Source of the DNA: Isurus oxyrinchus
Taxonomy: Eukaryota
Assembly: GCA_026770705.1 (NCBI GenBank)
Contig: JANJGN010000010.1
Span: forward strand, 40,052,001 to 40,116,000
Direction: 5' to 3'
DNA: 64,000 nt
Shown: piece by piece, positions 61,590 through 64,000 of the stretch
Layout: every line of letters starts with the position of its first letter
Position numbering within the stretch: position 1 is the first letter of the stretch
Notes under the pieces: model-generated
Databases searched by the model: none
Seen by the model: the letters and a program-made list of their open reading frames with translations, nothing else
What the model was told of the DNA's origin: nothing
Made by a program: the position numbers and the translations under genes

Positions 61590-63008
61590 TACACAACTGC
61601 TATTTAAGAAGGGTTATAGAGATAAGCCAGGGAACTACAGGCCAGTGAGTCTCACGTCAGTGGTAGGGAGGCTATTGGAGAAAATTCTGAAGGAGAGAAT
61701 CTATCTCCACTTGGAGAGGCAAGATTTGATCAGGGATAGTCAGCATGGCTTTGTCAGAGGCAGATCACTCCTAACAAATTTGATTGAATTTTTTGAGGAG
61801 GTGAGCAGATCTGAAGATGAGGGCAGTGCAGTTGATGTAGTTTATATGGATTTCAGCAAAGCCTTTGACAAGGTCGCACATGGGAGACTTATAAAGAAGG
61901 CAAATGCACATGGGATACAGGGTAATTTGATAAGGTGGATTCAAAATTGGCTTAGTTGTAGGAGACAGAGGGTGATGACAGAAAGATACTTTAGTGACTG
62001 GAAGCCAGTGTCGTACCACAGGGATCTGTGCTGGGTCCCCTATTATTTGTCATTTACATAAACGACATAGATGACGAAGTCGGGAGTAGGATTAGTAAGT
62101 TTGCGGATGTCACAAAGATTGGCCGGGTGGTTAACAGTGAGGTTGAGTGTCTTGAGATACAGGAAGATATAGACGGGATGGTCAAATGGGCAGATAAGTG
62201 GCAGATAGAACTTAACCCTGAAAAGTGTGAGGTGATACACTTTGGAAGGAGTAATTTGACAAAGAAGCATTCAATGAATGGCATGACACCAGGAAGTTCT
62301 GAGGAACAAAGGGACCTTGGCATGTGTGTCCATAGATCTCTGAAGGCAGAGGGGCATGTTAGTGGAGTGGTGAAAAAGACATTTGTGACACTTGCCTTTA
62401 TCAATCGAGGCATAGATTACAAAAGTAATGTTGGAATTGGATAGAACCTTGCTGGGGCCACAGCTGGAGTACTGTGTGCAGTTCTGGTCGCCACATTATA
62501 GGAAGGATGTGAATGCACTGGAGGGGGTGTAGAGGAGATTCACCAGGACGTTGCCTGGGATGAAACATTTAAGTTATGAAGAGAGGTTGGATAGACTTGG
62601 GGTGTTTTAATTGGAGCAGAGAAGACTAAGGGGTGACCTGATCGAGGTGTACAAGATTTTGAGGGGCATGGACAGGGTGGATAGGGAGCAACTGTTCCCC
62701 TTAGTTGAATGGGTCAGTCATGAGGGGACATAAGTTCCAGGTGAGTGGCAGGAGATTTGGGGGGGATGTGAGAAAAACTTTTTTACCCAGAGGCTGGTGA
62801 CAGTCTGGAATCCGCCGCCTGAGAGAGTGGTGGAGGCATCCTTTGAAAAGTACCTGGATGAGTACTTGGCACGTTATAATATTCAAGGCTATGGGCCAAG
62901 TGCTGGAAAATGGGATTAGGTAGGTAGTTCAGGTGTTTCTCACATGTCAGTGCAGACTCGATGGGCTGAAGGGCCTCGTCTGCACAGTGTGATCCTGTGA
63001 TTCTGTGA
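61590..63008 (+). mobile_element. CR1 LINE, 5'-truncated
   Basis: NYRPVSLTSVVG, SQHGF, DVVYMDFSKAFDKV, YINDID..SKFADVTKIG; tail gatcctgtgattctgtga. Confidence 0.93.
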
Positions 63009-63343
63009 ACCGTTGAAAATTTGACAATAAATAAATTATATCTTTTTCATATATATTCATTAGAAGCCATATCTGTCCAGTTCTGTTAATTATGTCTGTT
63101 TATTTTCTGGAAAATGTGGTAGAAATGGGTACATATCCATGTGAAATGGGCGCAATCTTGAAAAAATTTAGCAATGGCTGCTTGAAGCAAATCTCGTGTG
63201 CATTTAGTTTTATGCTAAATTAATCAACTCACTTTTTAGTCATCCCAGGAGGTTGCCTCAAACAGGCATCAGGGCCTTTGGATACGTTTCTTGGGGGGTC
63301 TAACCTCTTTTGAAGGGCCCACTCTGGAAAATGTCTTTACAAT

Positions 63344-64000
63344 GGGCAGAATTTTCTGTTTTTCAGACGAAGGGCGGTGGCAGGTGGGGCGGGTTCTCAC
63401 ACCCGATCTTCTGCTTGAAAGCTCATTAGTTATGCATCAGAGAGCTACTCACCGAATCACTTGGTGGGGTGGGCAGTAATTCGCCCGTCTGCCATTACCT
63501 CATGAGGTACCTCTGGCGCCATATTTAACCAGGAGTCCAAACACACATTCACTCACTGTATGCTGTCACCAAACATAATGTCCACTGGGAGAAGAAAGCC
63601 CCATGTGCTATTATTCAGCCATGACTCCCTGGTGACTGTCATCTAGGCCGTGTGCAAACGCCATGATGTCCTCTTCCCGAGGGGTGGCACCCGGAGGGCA
63701 ACCATCCTGATCTTGCCGGCCAGGGAGGAGGTGCCCATGGCCCACAGAAAAGAAATGAGCTGCAGTGCAGGAAGAGGATGAATGATCTCATTCGCTCCAC
63801 CAGGGTAAGTCTGCCTTCCATTCACTCTAGATTCAAACTCTCATAAGGGCATCGGGCACTCTAAGGGTTACAGTCCACAGGGATTCAAACACTATTAGCA
63901 TAAGAGTCATCTTGATTGAATGTCTCACACACACTTTAACAACACCACCATCTCATGTATCATCTTGCACACTTAACATTTTCTACCCTTACTGGGGAGG
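63344..64000 (+). mobile_element. Harbinger end with Myb/SANT exon, runs off the window
   Basis: GGGCAGAATTTT terminus; ..RNELQCRKRMNDLIRSTR|gtaagt near 63804. Confidence 0.7.

Noticed and set aside
1-64000. Prokaryotic features (operons, CRISPR arrays, rRNA/tRNA genes)
   Set aside because: The sequence is intron/exon and vertebrate-TE structured. No repeat-spacer array is present; tRNA-like motifs are SINE/LINE heads or a PBS.

Overview
Eukaryotic, AT-rich, transposon-dense vertebrate DNA. The repeat families (vertebrate CR1, DeuSINE, Penelope-like, Harbinger) point to a cartilaginous fish (shark); this is inference. One host gene is visible on the minus strand: a B7-H6 (NCR3LG1)-like Ig-superfamily gene. 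It has a candidate leader exon (~30.6 kb), an intact V exon (26325-26663), a C1 exon (23648-23967, 1 nt short at the main acceptor), a TM exon (18340-18444) and small cytoplasmic exons (15.1-15.3 kb, 13.1 kb). At 0.2-6.6 kb there is a tandem array of ~120-nt phase 1-1 exons encoding hydrophilic N/D/E/K-rich peptides. Upstream on the same strand are three decayed C1-type exons (45.9-49.5 kb) of a neighbouring paralog, two of which lack the F-strand cysteine. The rest is nested mobile DNA: two near full-length single-ORF CR1-group LINEs with a tRNA-like 5' head plus a SINE made of their two ends; classic CR1s; a Penelope-like element with an open RT+GIY-YIG frame and a minimal hammerhead motif; Gypsy-type LTR remnants and a solo LTR; and at least six Harbinger elements, one lineage carrying an 18-bp-periodic S/T/P-rich segment. 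Exon coordinates were read base by base; TE boundaries are approximate unless a target-site duplication is quoted. No database search was run.
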